Source: a candidate division TM6 bacterium GW2011_GWF2_37_49
Lineage (GTDB): Bacteria; Babelota; Babeliae; Babelales; RVW-14
Reading direction: 5' to 3'
Length of the DNA stretch: 64,000 nt
Assembly: GCA_000989955.1 (NCBI GenBank)
Contig: LBTE01000003.1
Span: forward strand, 33,847 to 97,846
Shown here: piece by piece, positions 9,792-19,574 of the stretch
Numbering within the stretch: the first letter of the stretch is position 1
How the letters are laid out: every line of letters begins with the position of its first letter
Notes under the pieces: model-generated
The model's input: the letters and a program-made list of their open reading frames with translations, nothing else
Told to the model about the DNA's origin: nothing
The model's database searches: none
Made by a program: the position numbers and the translations under genes

Positions 9792-11042
9792 ATGGTGCGG
9801 TATATAAAAGAAATTTTAAAAGTAGCAATATTTATTTTTTCGATATTGACTGAAAACTTTTTGTTTGCAGCATATGGTCAACCGGTAGCAAGTACGTCTG
9901 AATCATTTTTATCATTAATGCTTGAAGAAATGTGCGATGTGTCGAGCGGATTGGTCGGTTTGGATAATAAAAAAGTATTTTATTCATTTACTCAGTCCAA
10001 GACTGGCTATAAATCATGGCAATCAATTGGGGACAAAATTATTTATATGTACGATGTAAAAACTGGACAACTTACAGGCACGTATAACCTTGGACGCAGA
10101 GTTGCATTCGGCCCAATTTTTAGCCAGAATGCAAAAAAAATGGCTTGGACAGAGCTAATATCTGACAAAAATTACGTAGTTAAGTTATGCGATGTAGATA
10201 CAGGATTCAATGAATATGAGTTTCCTTGCAACGCAATTTGCATGCCAATTCCTCAATTCAACTCAGATTGTAATGTTTTAGCATGGATTGTTCGAAATTT
10301 GCATGAAAAAAACAAGTTATACGCTTTCGATTTATATTCTAAACATCACGAAAATTTTATGTTTAATCAAAATATGATTGATTGCGTATTTGCTCCAAAT
10401 TTTAAAAAAATGGCACATGTATTTATAAAACCAAGCCCTAAAATCGAAGGGCCTATCATTACAATTAAATTATACGATTTATGTACTCTTAGTAATAAAG
10501 AAGTTGATTGCTACGCAGAAAATGTTTCCGGTATTAACATCTGCTTGAGTGGCAAATATTTGATCTATAAAACGTTACAACCTAATTACGACCATTTTGG
10601 TAAGTGTAATATTATTACAAACTTGTGCGATGTGGACGAAAACAAAATTGTATATTCAGAAAAAAATGTTTCGTTTTCTGATTTTAGCACTAACGGTAAA
10701 CTATGCGCGTTTCTGATTACAGAACCAGTAGTTGGAGCGTGTAATTTCAATGTAATAATCAAGTTATTTAATATGGAAACAAGAAGCGTTATACATGAAG
10801 CCAACTGTGGAGTAGGAGGTGTCACTGCTTTCAAGTTTAGTCCAAACTGCATCAAGCTAGCTTATTTAACAGTGCATTCAAATAACAGTGTAACAATTAA
10901 TGTTTATCATATTGCTTTAAAAACAATCTACAAGACTTTCAATTGTGGAACAACTCATATAACATGCTTTGACTTTAACAAAGAAGGCGATCAAATCATA
11001 GCCGTAACAGCGGCTGGCAATATTGTAACTTTTCCAATTTAA
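9792..11042 (+). CDS. Secreted beta-propeller (WD40-like) protein
   Basis: Signal peptide; repeated FSxxxKKxA...IKLyD blades. Confidence 0.7.
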   Translation: MVRYIKEILKVAIFIFSILTENFLFAAYGQPVASTSESFLSLMLEEMCDVSSGLVGLDNKKVFYSFTQSKTGYKSWQSIGDKIIYMYDVKTGQLTGTYNLGRRVAFGPIFSQNAKKMAWTELISDKNYVVKLCDVDTGFNEYEFPCNAICMPIPQFNSDCNVLAWIVRNLHEKNKLYAFDLYSKHHENFMFNQNMIDCVFAPNFKKMAHVFIKPSPKIEGPIITIKLYDLCTLSNKEVDCYAENVSGINICLSGKYLIYKTLQPNYDHFGKCNIITNLCDVDENKIVYSEKNVSFSDFSTNGKLCAFLITEPVVGACNFNVIIKLFNMETRSVIHEANCGVGGVTAFKFSPNCIKLAYLTVHSNNSVTINVYHIALKTIYKTFNCGTTHITCFDFNKEGDQIIAVTAAGNIVTFPI

Positions 11043-11130
11043 TATAAATCATTAATAATAGATCTCTTCCCAGGCTAAAATTTTGAAAAGCTTAATTTTA
11101 CCGATTATACCATTCTAAACAGGACTTTGC

Positions 11131-11730
11131 CTACACATTTAAAACACTGAATTCTCCAGCATTGTTATAAAAATTTTGAACATGATTTTGAGAAGAAACT
11201 TCGGTGCATTCAGCTTTTCGCTGCTGTTTGCTTTTGGGGGGCTTTCTTAAAACATCTACCAGATCGTCAAAATGATCAGCTCTAAAAACATTAACAACTT
11301 CATCAACACTTTGTGACGGTTTGTCAATATTTGCAACTTCGATAATTGCTTGAGCAAGGTACGCGGCCATGATGTGAGCTTTTTGTTTCGACAGTGCCAA
11401 CATCTGGCATTGATGCATTCCAAATTTTTGTTTTGATTTTCGATTGATTTTCTCCTGTGGCCAACCTAAATTGTACGCTTCGACTTGTTGCTTTGCTGGC
11501 AGGTTCATGTTGCTCACCAAAAAAACTGTCTCCCATCCCCCAAAACGCTTTTTTCGTTTGTATGCGGTGAAAAAATATGTTTTGCCATAAAGTTTAGCTT
11601 TGATCCTTTTTTCTCGTTCGTTGCGTAATAATTTCAATGCTGGAACGTGTTTCAACTGAAGCCTTTTACCACCACGCGTAACAACGCATCTACTGCTTGG
11701 AATCCGCATGATAAATTTATGTTTGGTTTT
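11131..11730 (-). mobile_element. Truncated DDE transposase (IS4/IS701-like), C-terminal half only
   Basis: FLVSN...YNLGWPQEKINRKSKQKFG..CQ resembles YxxRWxIExxxRxxKQxLG; N-terminus absent, in-frame stop just upstream. Confidence 0.75.
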
Positions 11731-11784
11731 ATGACGTTTTCAATGTTACAGACTACTTCAAAAGCTTGATTTGGCGCGTGCCGA

Positions 11785-12621
11785 TTATTCAATCTCAAAA
11801 TCGAAATAACTGATATCTTCTGATGCCGGGTAAGGTTCATTTTTTAATGTGTAATGCCACCATTCTTCAGCATATGGCTTAAAGCCGTGCTTAATCATTG
11901 CTGTCATTAAATAATTGCGAAGATGTTTGAACTGTTCTTCTATGAGGTTGTTTTGATGGTGCGATGCTTCATCAAATAAATCAAACGATGATCCCATGTC
12001 AACGGTACCATCATCGAGAAGTGTAATTTCAAAACCATCAAGAAGCGTTCTCTTTATTTCCTGAATCGGATGAAGAGATTTTTCTAATTTAATAATGGTA
12101 AGGTCTACGGTGCTTCCACGACTATGACCTGAACGTGCGGCTACATAACCTAGTTCAAACACTTTATCTTTATCGACCCGAGGATAATAGTAAGATTTTT
12201 TTGTTTGATCGGCGATATTCGTGCTCCATAGCATAAAATGATTAACGGCACGTTGTGGACGGTAAGCATCATAAACGACAAGATTGTAGCCATCTTTGAC
12301 TACTTCTTGTTGAACTTGCTTTAATGCTTCTGCCGCCTGTTTGGTTAATATAATAACTGGCTGTTTATATCCATCTACTATCTTGCCTACAAAGTTTTCT
12401 GTTGTGCTGTATCGAGGCGAAATAATGATTGTTGGGTCTATTTCGCTAAGATAGACAAAACCTTTATCACGAGCCTCTTGGGACATCTTAAGACTAGCGG
12501 CACTGGTCGTATCCTTGGGCATCTCAAGGCCAGCGGCGCTTGCCGTACAAGTTGCAAAAATAATAAAATAACTAGCGACCAACAATGAATATAGCTTTTT
12601 CATGGACATTTTCTTTTTCAA
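11785..12621 (-). CDS. ddpX: D-alanyl-D-alanine dipeptidase (M15D, VanX/DdpX), exported
   Basis: YDAYRPQRAV, SGHSRGSTVDLT, DMGS.FD.F, EEWWHY. Confidence 0.92.
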   Translation of the reverse strand: MKKKMSMKKLYSLLVASYFIIFATCTASAAGLEMPKDTTSAASLKMSQEARDKGFVYLSEIDPTIIISPRYSTTENFVGKIVDGYKQPVIILTKQAAEALKQVQQEVVKDGYNLVVYDAYRPQRAVNHFMLWSTNIADQTKKSYYYPRVDKDKVFELGYVAARSGHSRGSTVDLTIIKLEKSLHPIQEIKRTLLDGFEITLLDDGTVDMGSSFDLFDEASHHQNNLIEEQFKHLRNYLMTAMIKHGFKPYAEEWWHYTLKNEPYPASEDISYFDFEIE

Positions 12622-12687
12622 TCTTTACATGTTTCAAAACTAGAGTAAATTGTATTTAAAATTTATATATTAATCAATTGGGAAAAT

Positions 12688-13362
12688 ATGAATAAAATCA
12701 TGATAAAACTAAATAAATTATTGGTTTTAGCTCTAGCCTTATTTTCTTCAGTGTACTCGTTTGGAAATATTGAAAAAATAGGTCAGGCATTGGAAAAAAG
12801 GATTGTAGGAAAATCATGGGAAGCTGCATGCCCAGTTCAACTCAGTGAATTGCGTTATTTGACTATTCCTTACTGGGGATACGATGAGCAAGAGCATTCT
12901 GGTGAAATGATAGTTCATGAAAAAGTGGCACAAGACGTTTTGGACATTTTTGAAGAGCTTTTTGAAAACAAATTTCCGATCCAGTCAATGAAATTAATTG
13001 ACGAATACTTCCAGCCAAGCAGAACAAAAAGCGATGTTGATGATGCGTCAATGCTTGATAATAATTCATCAGCTTTTTTCTTTCGTTATATCGGTAAAAC
13101 AACGATCGTGTCAGAACATGGTTTGGGAACTGCAATCGACATTAATCCACGTGTAAATCCATTCGTAAGAGGTGATTATGTTTGCCCAACTTCAAGTAAA
13201 GAATTCTGTGACAGGACACGTAAAGATGTTAAAGGCTTGTTAACCGAGGATTGTAGATGTGTTAAGGCTTTTGAGGCGCGAGGTTGGAATTGGGCGGGTA
13301 AATGGAAAAAGGTTCAAGATTACCAACATTTTGGCAAGATTCAAAAAGAGTCTCTGCAGTAA
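12688..13362 (+). CDS. M15 family metallopeptidase (Peptidase_M15_4-like), exported
   Basis: NNSSAF..R, SEHGLGTAIDINP..NP, GW.W.G.W...DYQHF. Confidence 0.85.
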   Translation: MNKIMIKLNKLLVLALALFSSVYSFGNIEKIGQALEKRIVGKSWEAACPVQLSELRYLTIPYWGYDEQEHSGEMIVHEKVAQDVLDIFEELFENKFPIQSMKLIDEYFQPSRTKSDVDDASMLDNNSSAFFFRYIGKTTIVSEHGLGTAIDINPRVNPFVRGDYVCPTSSKEFCDRTRKDVKGLLTEDCRCVKAFEARGWNWAGKWKKVQDYQHFGKIQKESLQ

Positions 13363-13497
13363 TACATGTTATTCTTCTTGTTGATAACGCAGCTAAGCCG
13401 ATATATAATTAATTTCATGTATGTCAGATTGTAAAAAGTATGAACTTTACACAGCGAGTGTGTTAAAAATCAACTAAAAAAATAAAAAAGGGCTTTT

Positions 13498-13947
13498 ATG
13501 AAAAATTTAATGTTTTGTTTTGGGTTTTTAATGCTTATTTCATTTGTCGGTTGTGGCCTAAAAGATGCATCTTTTTCTAATTATTTTAAGGCGGACAAAA
13601 TTTATAAAATTGTGCCAAGCTCAAACTATGATGCAAAAGATGAATCTGATGCTGTAAAACTTTTGCCAATCGATCTTGAGTCTGGGTTTATTCACGTTGC
13701 ATTCGGAAATCAGGTCGAAAAAATATTGAAGAAGTTTTTTACCGGAATTGATAATGTTCTAGTTTTAGAGCTTGATCAAAATGTTTTAGCGGAAAATGGC
13801 ATAGAGATGCGCAAAGAACGTAATAATCCTGGCGGAGACTCATTTCCTCATTTGTATGGCAAGCAACAAATTTCAGTCAAAGCTGTGGCTTCTGTGATTA
13901 ATGTGGAAGAGATGATTGATGGATCTTGGTCAATTGTTAAACATTAA
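13498..13947 (+). CDS. DUF952 domain lipoprotein
   Basis: IYKI, D..SGFIH, FPHLYG; lipobox-like FVGC. Confidence 0.8.
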   Translation: MKNLMFCFGFLMLISFVGCGLKDASFSNYFKADKIYKIVPSSNYDAKDESDAVKLLPIDLESGFIHVAFGNQVEKILKKFFTGIDNVLVLELDQNVLAENGIEMRKERNNPGGDSFPHLYGKQQISVKAVASVINVEEMIDGSWSIVKH

Positions 13948-14008
13948 ACCGCTTTCGAAACCATGACTACAACTCATAATTACAAATCTCCGCAATCAGC
14001 GCAATACA

Positions 14009-14194
14009 ATTCCAAGTTGTTAAAGTACCTAAAATAAAGATTTTTGCGTTTGGTTGTAAATCTACGATTGGAAGCTAGCTGTAAATGGCAGTGGCATTTT
14101 TCCTTATTTTGAAAATTTTAATTCGGCAAGCCCCATCCAATCGCACGTTGCTGGCGGGGTCTAAAAAATTATAAATTTCTTGGCAAGGCCGATG
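14009..14194 (-). repeat. 186-bp near-identical inverted repeat, partner at 32605-32790
   Basis: Reverse complement matches with about 9 mismatches by manual count. Confidence 0.9.
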
Positions 14195-14228
14195 CAGCGC
14201 CAAAAAAGACCGGGCATACTTAATGTAT
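14094..14228 (-). repeat. 135-bp dispersed intergenic element, copy 3
   Basis: attcg, ccaatc, ctaaaaaattataaatttcttgg, gccgatg, aatgtat. Confidence 0.92.
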
Positions 14229-14268
14229 GCCCCTAAAAATCATGGCGTTGGCTTATGTTTTATATTTA

Positions 14269-15414
14269 TTAATATTTTGCGATGCTTTCAAGTCCCTGAG
14301 CTGTAATTTTTTCATTTAATGGGAACGCTTCTTTTCCCGGATAAACAATGGTAAGGTGATCAAGCTTTAGATCGGCAATTGCAATTTGCATGGATTTTGT
14401 AACTTTGGGAACATCGGTATATTTAAATTCAAAACCCAATCGCTTTCCATCTTTAAATACGAATAAGTCTAATTCAGCATCAGCATGAGTTGCCCAAAAA
14501 AAACATTCTTCCGATCGAAGATCATATGCTTTAATGATCTCTTCTAACGCAAAGCCCTCCCAAAATGCTCCTAATTTAGGGTAAGTATCTAATTCATTAA
14601 AAGTTTGAATATTAAGTAGCGCATGCAAAATTCCACTATCGCGAAAATAAATTTTTGGAGCACGAACTTGTCGTTTTTGTAAATTCTCAAACCACGGAGA
14701 TAGCTCACGAATCATGAATGTCCCCACAAGAACATCCAGATATTTACGAGCGGTATGATCGGAAACACCTAAAGATCTTGCAATCTCACTAGCGTTGAAA
14801 GTTTGTCCATGATAATGAGCAAGCATAAGCCAAAATCGACGCAATTGTTGCGGCGGAATATTAAAACCAAGATTTGGAATGTCTCGTTCTAAAAAAGTTG
14901 TTATATAATTTTGTCGCCACAAAAAACTGTCGGCATCATTTGAAGTAAAATATGAGCGAGGAAAACCACCCCTCATCCAAAGTTGATTTAAATTTTCGGT
15001 TTCGGCTAAAGAAAATGGGGGAAACTCTACAAAACCTATGCGACCAGCCAATGACTCGGATGATTGACGAATTAAATCGCGAGACGCACTTCCCAAAATT
15101 AAAAGATTTCGTTTATAGGCAGGATCATCGACTAATACTCGAATTACAGGAAAAAGATCCGGACGCATTTGAATTTCATCAATTACAATAAGCTTCTCGG
15201 GATCACTTGAAAGCGCAAGCATGGGGTTTTCCAGTCGAGCAAGATCAAGAGGCTTTTCCATATCAAATAATCTAGCAATACCGCCTCGCATCTCTTTAAT
15301 AAAAATCTGTGCAAGAGTAGTTTTGCCAACCTGGCGTGCACCAAGCAGTGCACAAACCGAGTGTACATGGAAATTCTGTTCAATTTTTCGTAAATAATGT
15401 TCTCTTTTCAGCAT
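14269..15414 (-). CDS. AAA_14 ATPase with DUF4143 (wHTH plus PD-(D/E)xK-like C-terminus)
   Basis: GARQVGKT, IDEIQ, GSAS, ESLAGR, GGFP, PKIYFRDSG, ELD...GFEFK. Confidence 0.9.
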   Translation of the reverse strand: MLKREHYLRKIEQNFHVHSVCALLGARQVGKTTLAQIFIKEMRGGIARLFDMEKPLDLARLENPMLALSSDPEKLIVIDEIQMRPDLFPVIRVLVDDPAYKRNLLILGSASRDLIRQSSESLAGRIGFVEFPPFSLAETENLNQLWMRGGFPRSYFTSNDADSFLWRQNYITTFLERDIPNLGFNIPPQQLRRFWLMLAHYHGQTFNASEIARSLGVSDHTARKYLDVLVGTFMIRELSPWFENLQKRQVRAPKIYFRDSGILHALLNIQTFNELDTYPKLGAFWEGFALEEIIKAYDLRSEECFFWATHADAELDLFVFKDGKRLGFEFKYTDVPKVTKSMQIAIADLKLDHLTIVYPGKEAFPLNEKITAQGLESIAKY

Positions 15415-15419
15415 CGATT

Positions 15420-15460
15420 CTCCTTGAAATTTCGAAGTTATAGTTCGAGACTACAAGGAG
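15420..15460. promoter_or_regulatory. Imperfect palindrome over the RBS/leader of the AAA_14 gene; putative operator
   Basis: ctccttg..tcgaa..ttcga..caaggag. Confidence 0.45.
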
Positions 15461-15476
15461 TTTTGTGTAAAATCAA

Positions 15477-15611
15477 GCACTTTTTGCATTTTTTCCAAAA
15501 CTCATTCGCTAGCCCTCATCCAATCAGGCCCCGCCGGCCGCATCTAAAAAATTGTTAATTTCTTGGTAAAGCCGATGCAGCGCCAAAAAAGAAAGGGCAT
15601 ACTTGATGTAT
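15477..15611 (-). repeat. 135-bp dispersed intergenic element, copy 4
   Basis: gcactttttgca, attcg, ccaatc, ctaaaaaattgttaatttcttgg, gccgatg, gatgtat. Confidence 0.95.
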
Positions 15612-15641
15612 TCCCCTAAAAATCATGGGGTGGGTTGGGCA

Positions 15642-16832
15642 TTAATCGATAAATTTAGTAATCGGAGATTTCAAAAAATCGCTCACAGGAATGCCTTGAT
15701 CGCCAACCAACAAGACTCGACTTGGCTTAAACTCTCTAACAAATAAATCTATGCCCGAGCGTCTAAAATTTTCTGGACCACTTTTAACCTCGATTGCGGT
15801 TATGCTGTCGCCGCGCTTTAAAACGAAGTCTACCTCACTGTCGCCTTCACGCCAGTAAAATAGCTCAATCTGAGTACCGCGAATGCTGTTTAATAAATGT
15901 GCGCCAACTACCGACTCTATCAGCCTTCCCCAGAAAGAGCGATCTTGAATGGCATCTTTAAATGTCATGTTTGATTGAGCCGTCATCAGAGCCGTATTGT
16001 ACACGGAAAACTTTGGACTGGAGCCTCGTTGCCGTACTTGTTGATTTGCAAATTTTTGCAGTCCTGCAAGCAATCCAGCTCCTGACAACAGTTCAAGGTA
16101 GTGCGCCAAAGTGGTAGTGTTTCCACTGTCCTGGAGCTGCCCAAGCATTTTTGTGTAAGAAAGCATCTGCCCAGAATACGAGCATCCAAGCTGAAATAGG
16201 CGTCTGAGTAGAGCCTGCTTGTTTATATGTGTCATGAGAAGAATATCACGTGAAATCGTAGTCTCAATGAGCGAATCATTGATGTAATTTTTCCATCGAG
16301 AAGGATCATTCTCATCTGCAAGCGGTGCTGCCCCAGGATATCCACCGAAGTATGCGTATTTTTCCAGCGTCCAGCCAAATATTTTACTCATCTCATCAAA
16401 CGACCAGTGCGTAATCGGTATAATTTCAAAGCGACCGGCCAAGCTTTCGGTTAATCCTTGCTGCACAAGCCATGGTGACGAACCAAGTATGATAACCGAT
16501 AAGTCAACCTTGTCGCGAGTATCGGCATCCCACAAAGATTTTATAAGACTGGACCAGCTCGAAATTTTTTGTACTTCATCGATTATAAGAACGCAACCTT
16601 TTCCAGCAACAATCTTTTGCCTGGCAACTTCCCATTGCTGCTGCAGCCATGCAAGGTCTTGCAACGTTGCAAGGTCGGCCGATATAAAATGGAATGGTTT
16701 ATCCAAAACCTCGGAGACCTGCAAAGCCAACGTTGTCTTTCCGACCTGGCGAGGTCCTAGCAAAACTTGGATGAATCTACGTGGCTCTTGGATTCGACTT
16801 ATAAGCTGATTAAAGATGGGCCTAGCTTGCAT
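15642..16832 (-). CDS. AAA_14 ATPase with DUF4143
   Basis: GPRQVGKTT, IDEVQK, GSS, ESLAGRF, GGYPG, YWRE...EVDFV...IEVKS. Confidence 0.9.
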   Translation of the reverse strand: MQARPIFNQLISRIQEPRRFIQVLLGPRQVGKTTLALQVSEVLDKPFHFISADLATLQDLAWLQQQWEVARQKIVAGKGCVLIIDEVQKISSWSSLIKSLWDADTRDKVDLSVIILGSSPWLVQQGLTESLAGRFEIIPITHWSFDEMSKIFGWTLEKYAYFGGYPGAAPLADENDPSRWKNYINDSLIETTISRDILLMTHINKQALLRRLFQLGCSYSGQMLSYTKMLGQLQDSGNTTTLAHYLELLSGAGLLAGLQKFANQQVRQRGSSPKFSVYNTALMTAQSNMTFKDAIQDRSFWGRLIESVVGAHLLNSIRGTQIELFYWREGDSEVDFVLKRGDSITAIEVKSGPENFRRSGIDLFVREFKPSRVLLVGDQGIPVSDFLKSPITKFID

Positions 16833-16864
16833 AATCTGCCTCCAACAACTTTTAAATATTAAAT

Positions 16865-16894
16865 TTACTCAACACACTGAGTAATATTACTCAG
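16865..16894. promoter_or_regulatory. Palindromic putative operator upstream of AAA_14 gene
   Basis: Perfect 18-bp palindrome ctgagtaatattactcag plus extra ttactca half-site. Confidence 0.55.
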
Positions 16895-16980
16895 CTTAAT
16901 TCGTAAAATCAATTCATGGGCAAAATAGTGCAAAAAAGGCGTTAAAATCCATCATTAAAGCATGGCTACAAAAGCCGCTG

Positions 16981-17116
16981 GCACTTTTTGCAGCTTTTGA
17001 AAAAAGTTATTCGGCAGCAACGACCCTGTCATGCCCCGCCGGCCGCATCTAAAAAATTGTTAATTTCTTGGTAAAGCCGATGCAGCGCCAAAAAAGAAAG
17101 GGCATACTGAATGTAT
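16981..17116 (-). repeat. Dispersed intergenic element, copy 5 (136 bp)
   Basis: Nearly identical to copy 4 from gccccgccggccgcatct onward; one extra base in A tract. Confidence 0.95.
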
Positions 17117-17177
17117 GCCACTAAAAATCATGTAGTTGGCTGTGTCTTATTTTTTTGTAACCTATTCAAACTTAAGC

Positions 17178-19316
17178 CTAAACTTCGATCTGTCCATCCA
17201 AAACCTGTTGGGCCTGATCAATGAATTCATCGCCAAAACCCTCTTCCTTCAATATTTTCAGCGTCACCACCTGATCAGAAACGCCTGGTTCCAGCTTAAA
17301 TGGATATCGAATTCTTTGACCTGGTGTTTCAATAACCGTGACTTTGTAATTTTTAAATCGGCCCGTTGACTTTTCGAGTGTTGGAATTATTGGAAAGTGT
17401 GTGTTTGTTATGCACATACCCAACGGATGTAACCCAACAAGTTTTATCAAGCTGTAAGCAGCGGCCTGTCCCTCTCTGAACGTTGTACCATTAAATACTT
17501 CATCAATGGCTGTCAAAACATATTCATGTTCCTTGCATGATTTATAGGTTTTTTCAACGTCTTGTGCCCTTAAAACACCAGCTTTAAAGTGTGAGTTACC
17601 CGCAGCAATGTCGTCCGTAATATTCAAGTAAGTAATGATTTTTTTAAATAGTGTAAGTGTTAATTCTTTGGCCGGCGCAATACCCAAGCTTTGTGCCAAA
17701 ATTATCGACATAACAAAGGCTTTGGTTACGGTAGATTTACCGCCAGCATTAGGGCCAGTGATAATGACGTTCTGTGGCACATCATAAGATAAACCAACCG
17801 ACAAAGAACTGGAAACCACTTTTTCTGGATTTATAAACATATTCCAAAAATCAACGGCTTTAACCGACGGAGTCGATACAGAGACTGGATCGATGTAGGT
17901 TGGAAAACAAATCGTAACATGTTTGTCTTGAAATTCTTTATAAAGCTTTGCAATCGAAAGTTGTGCATCAAGCTCGCCAACTGCTACCATCGCCTGAGTA
18001 AGCTGCTCTTTGTGCGCATGCATAAGATTAAATGCTGCGAATATCCGTCCCGCATAAGACAACATGGAGGCCTCGCCCTTAAAGGTATTTGTCTCAAGAA
18101 GTTCCAATAAATGCCTAACATCGTCAGAAGCTTGTATAATCTCTGCAAGTTTGACGTCACAACTTGCTACTGCAGGCATGTGCGAGCTTATTACAGGGTT
18201 TGCTTTAACTTTCGCTAGCATACTTTTTATATTATTTAGATATGTAGCAACGTGAATAAGCCTTTCCTGGATGCATTTTTTTATCACGAACAGCTCTTGC
18301 AGATCACCCCAGAAGAAGCGTGGCAAATAGGCTGCACTGACCACACCTGATATAACGTCGGAACCTCCTTCAGCTAATCTATTTTTGGGGAAAGCCAATT
18401 TTAGACCAATCAAAAGTGCGCCAAGCGCTCCTAAAAACATGCCCAGACTTCCCATACTTAACTTTTTGTTTGTTTCCTCTAACCAAAGTCTAACTTTATT
18501 ATCTTCGGCGGCGAAAAGAGAAACAGCATGTAGTGGTAGAGTAACAGCTGCAGCAGCCATAGTTGCGCCAATTAAAAATACCTGAAAAGTTTGAGTTTTA
18601 TCAAGAACATCAAGCGCAATTTCGTTTTTATTAAGCCTGGATTCGAAATTTTTAAAATAAGGAACTTTGATTTTTCTATCTTTCATCAAGCTCAAAAAAG
18701 TGTCTTCTTCCCAAAAAGATAACATTGCAGTTTCTGGCATAACCAACTCTTTCAATTGTTTATCAAGGTAGTCAAAAAGTTCAGGATTTCCGACTAATTC
18801 TTTGATTACTTGCTGTTGATTTTCAAGTTGTTCAATGTTGCACAACGGATTCACAACTTTGCCAAACAACGTAGCCTTACCAACTTGGGTACATGTACGG
18901 TCAATTTTGGATGCCAAATAAAAGGCTGGATCGGATTTTGGCCCACATAATATTTCGAGATCTTGCCATGTTTTTTCGTCCAAAACATCGGTAGAAATCA
19001 AATTTTGTTGGCAAAGTAGATTAAAAACAGCTGTCCGTTTTGCTTGCTCGCTAGGATTAAGCAGCGCCGTGTGTTTGTCGTACAAAATTTCATAAAACTC
19101 TTTTTCATCGCTTAGAATAGCATTTATTGCATCTGGCTTTTTATCTAAACTAATGTTCACAAGCGTTTTAAGGTTTTCATGCGCTATTGCCTGATAAAAA
19201 CTAGTTGAAGATTTAGGCGTGCAAACATCCGTATTTACAGCCGCCTGCTCTCCCACCAAGCTGACAGAAACTGACGCTGCTAAAATAAAACCTAACAGGA
19301 AGCGGCACTTAAACAT
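17178..19316 (-). CDS. MutS domain-V ATPase family protein with signal peptide and TM segments
   Basis: ITGPNAGGKST, SHFKAGV, IDEVFNGT, NTHF, FKLEPGVS; no mismatch-binding domain I. Confidence 0.85.
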   Translation of the reverse strand: MFKCRFLLGFILAASVSVSLVGEQAAVNTDVCTPKSSTSFYQAIAHENLKTLVNISLDKKPDAINAILSDEKEFYEILYDKHTALLNPSEQAKRTAVFNLLCQQNLISTDVLDEKTWQDLEILCGPKSDPAFYLASKIDRTCTQVGKATLFGKVVNPLCNIEQLENQQQVIKELVGNPELFDYLDKQLKELVMPETAMLSFWEEDTFLSLMKDRKIKVPYFKNFESRLNKNEIALDVLDKTQTFQVFLIGATMAAAAVTLPLHAVSLFAAEDNKVRLWLEETNKKLSMGSLGMFLGALGALLIGLKLAFPKNRLAEGGSDVISGVVSAAYLPRFFWGDLQELFVIKKCIQERLIHVATYLNNIKSMLAKVKANPVISSHMPAVASCDVKLAEIIQASDDVRHLLELLETNTFKGEASMLSYAGRIFAAFNLMHAHKEQLTQAMVAVGELDAQLSIAKLYKEFQDKHVTICFPTYIDPVSVSTPSVKAVDFWNMFINPEKVVSSSLSVGLSYDVPQNVIITGPNAGGKSTVTKAFVMSIILAQSLGIAPAKELTLTLFKKIITYLNITDDIAAGNSHFKAGVLRAQDVEKTYKSCKEHEYVLTAIDEVFNGTTFREGQAAAYSLIKLVGLHPLGMCITNTHFPIIPTLEKSTGRFKNYKVTVIETPGQRIRYPFKLEPGVSDQVVTLKILKEEGFGDEFIDQAQQVLDGQIEV

Positions 19317-19574
19317 GAATAAACCCTTTGTTTATGCTGTTAAATAATTTATTACAAATTTGACGCAGGGTTTAAGATTATCAAACCGATATAATTAGTC
19401 AAAAGGTTTTAATCCTAAAGTCGATATATTTAGTTAACAATTGTAAATATATAAACAATATGATATCATATAACATGAAACGTATAATTTAAACAAAAGA
19501 GAGTCTCATGCCTCTGGAAAATAGAATTTTACGATAAAAAAATTTAAAAAAGCGCATGGTGGAGGTAAAAAACA

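Noticed and set aside
11785-12621. Vancomycin resistance locus
   Set aside because: No vanH/vanA/vanRS nearby; stand-alone DdpX-like enzyme
15477-15611. The 135-bp element as a small coding sequence
   Set aside because: Stops in all three forward frames and the reverse frame checked for this copy; short ORFs crossing other copies (17136, 19981) are not shared
14094-17116. CRISPR array interpretation of the repeated elements
   Set aside because: Units are 135 bp separated by whole genes; no 25-45 bp repeat-spacer pattern and no cas genes
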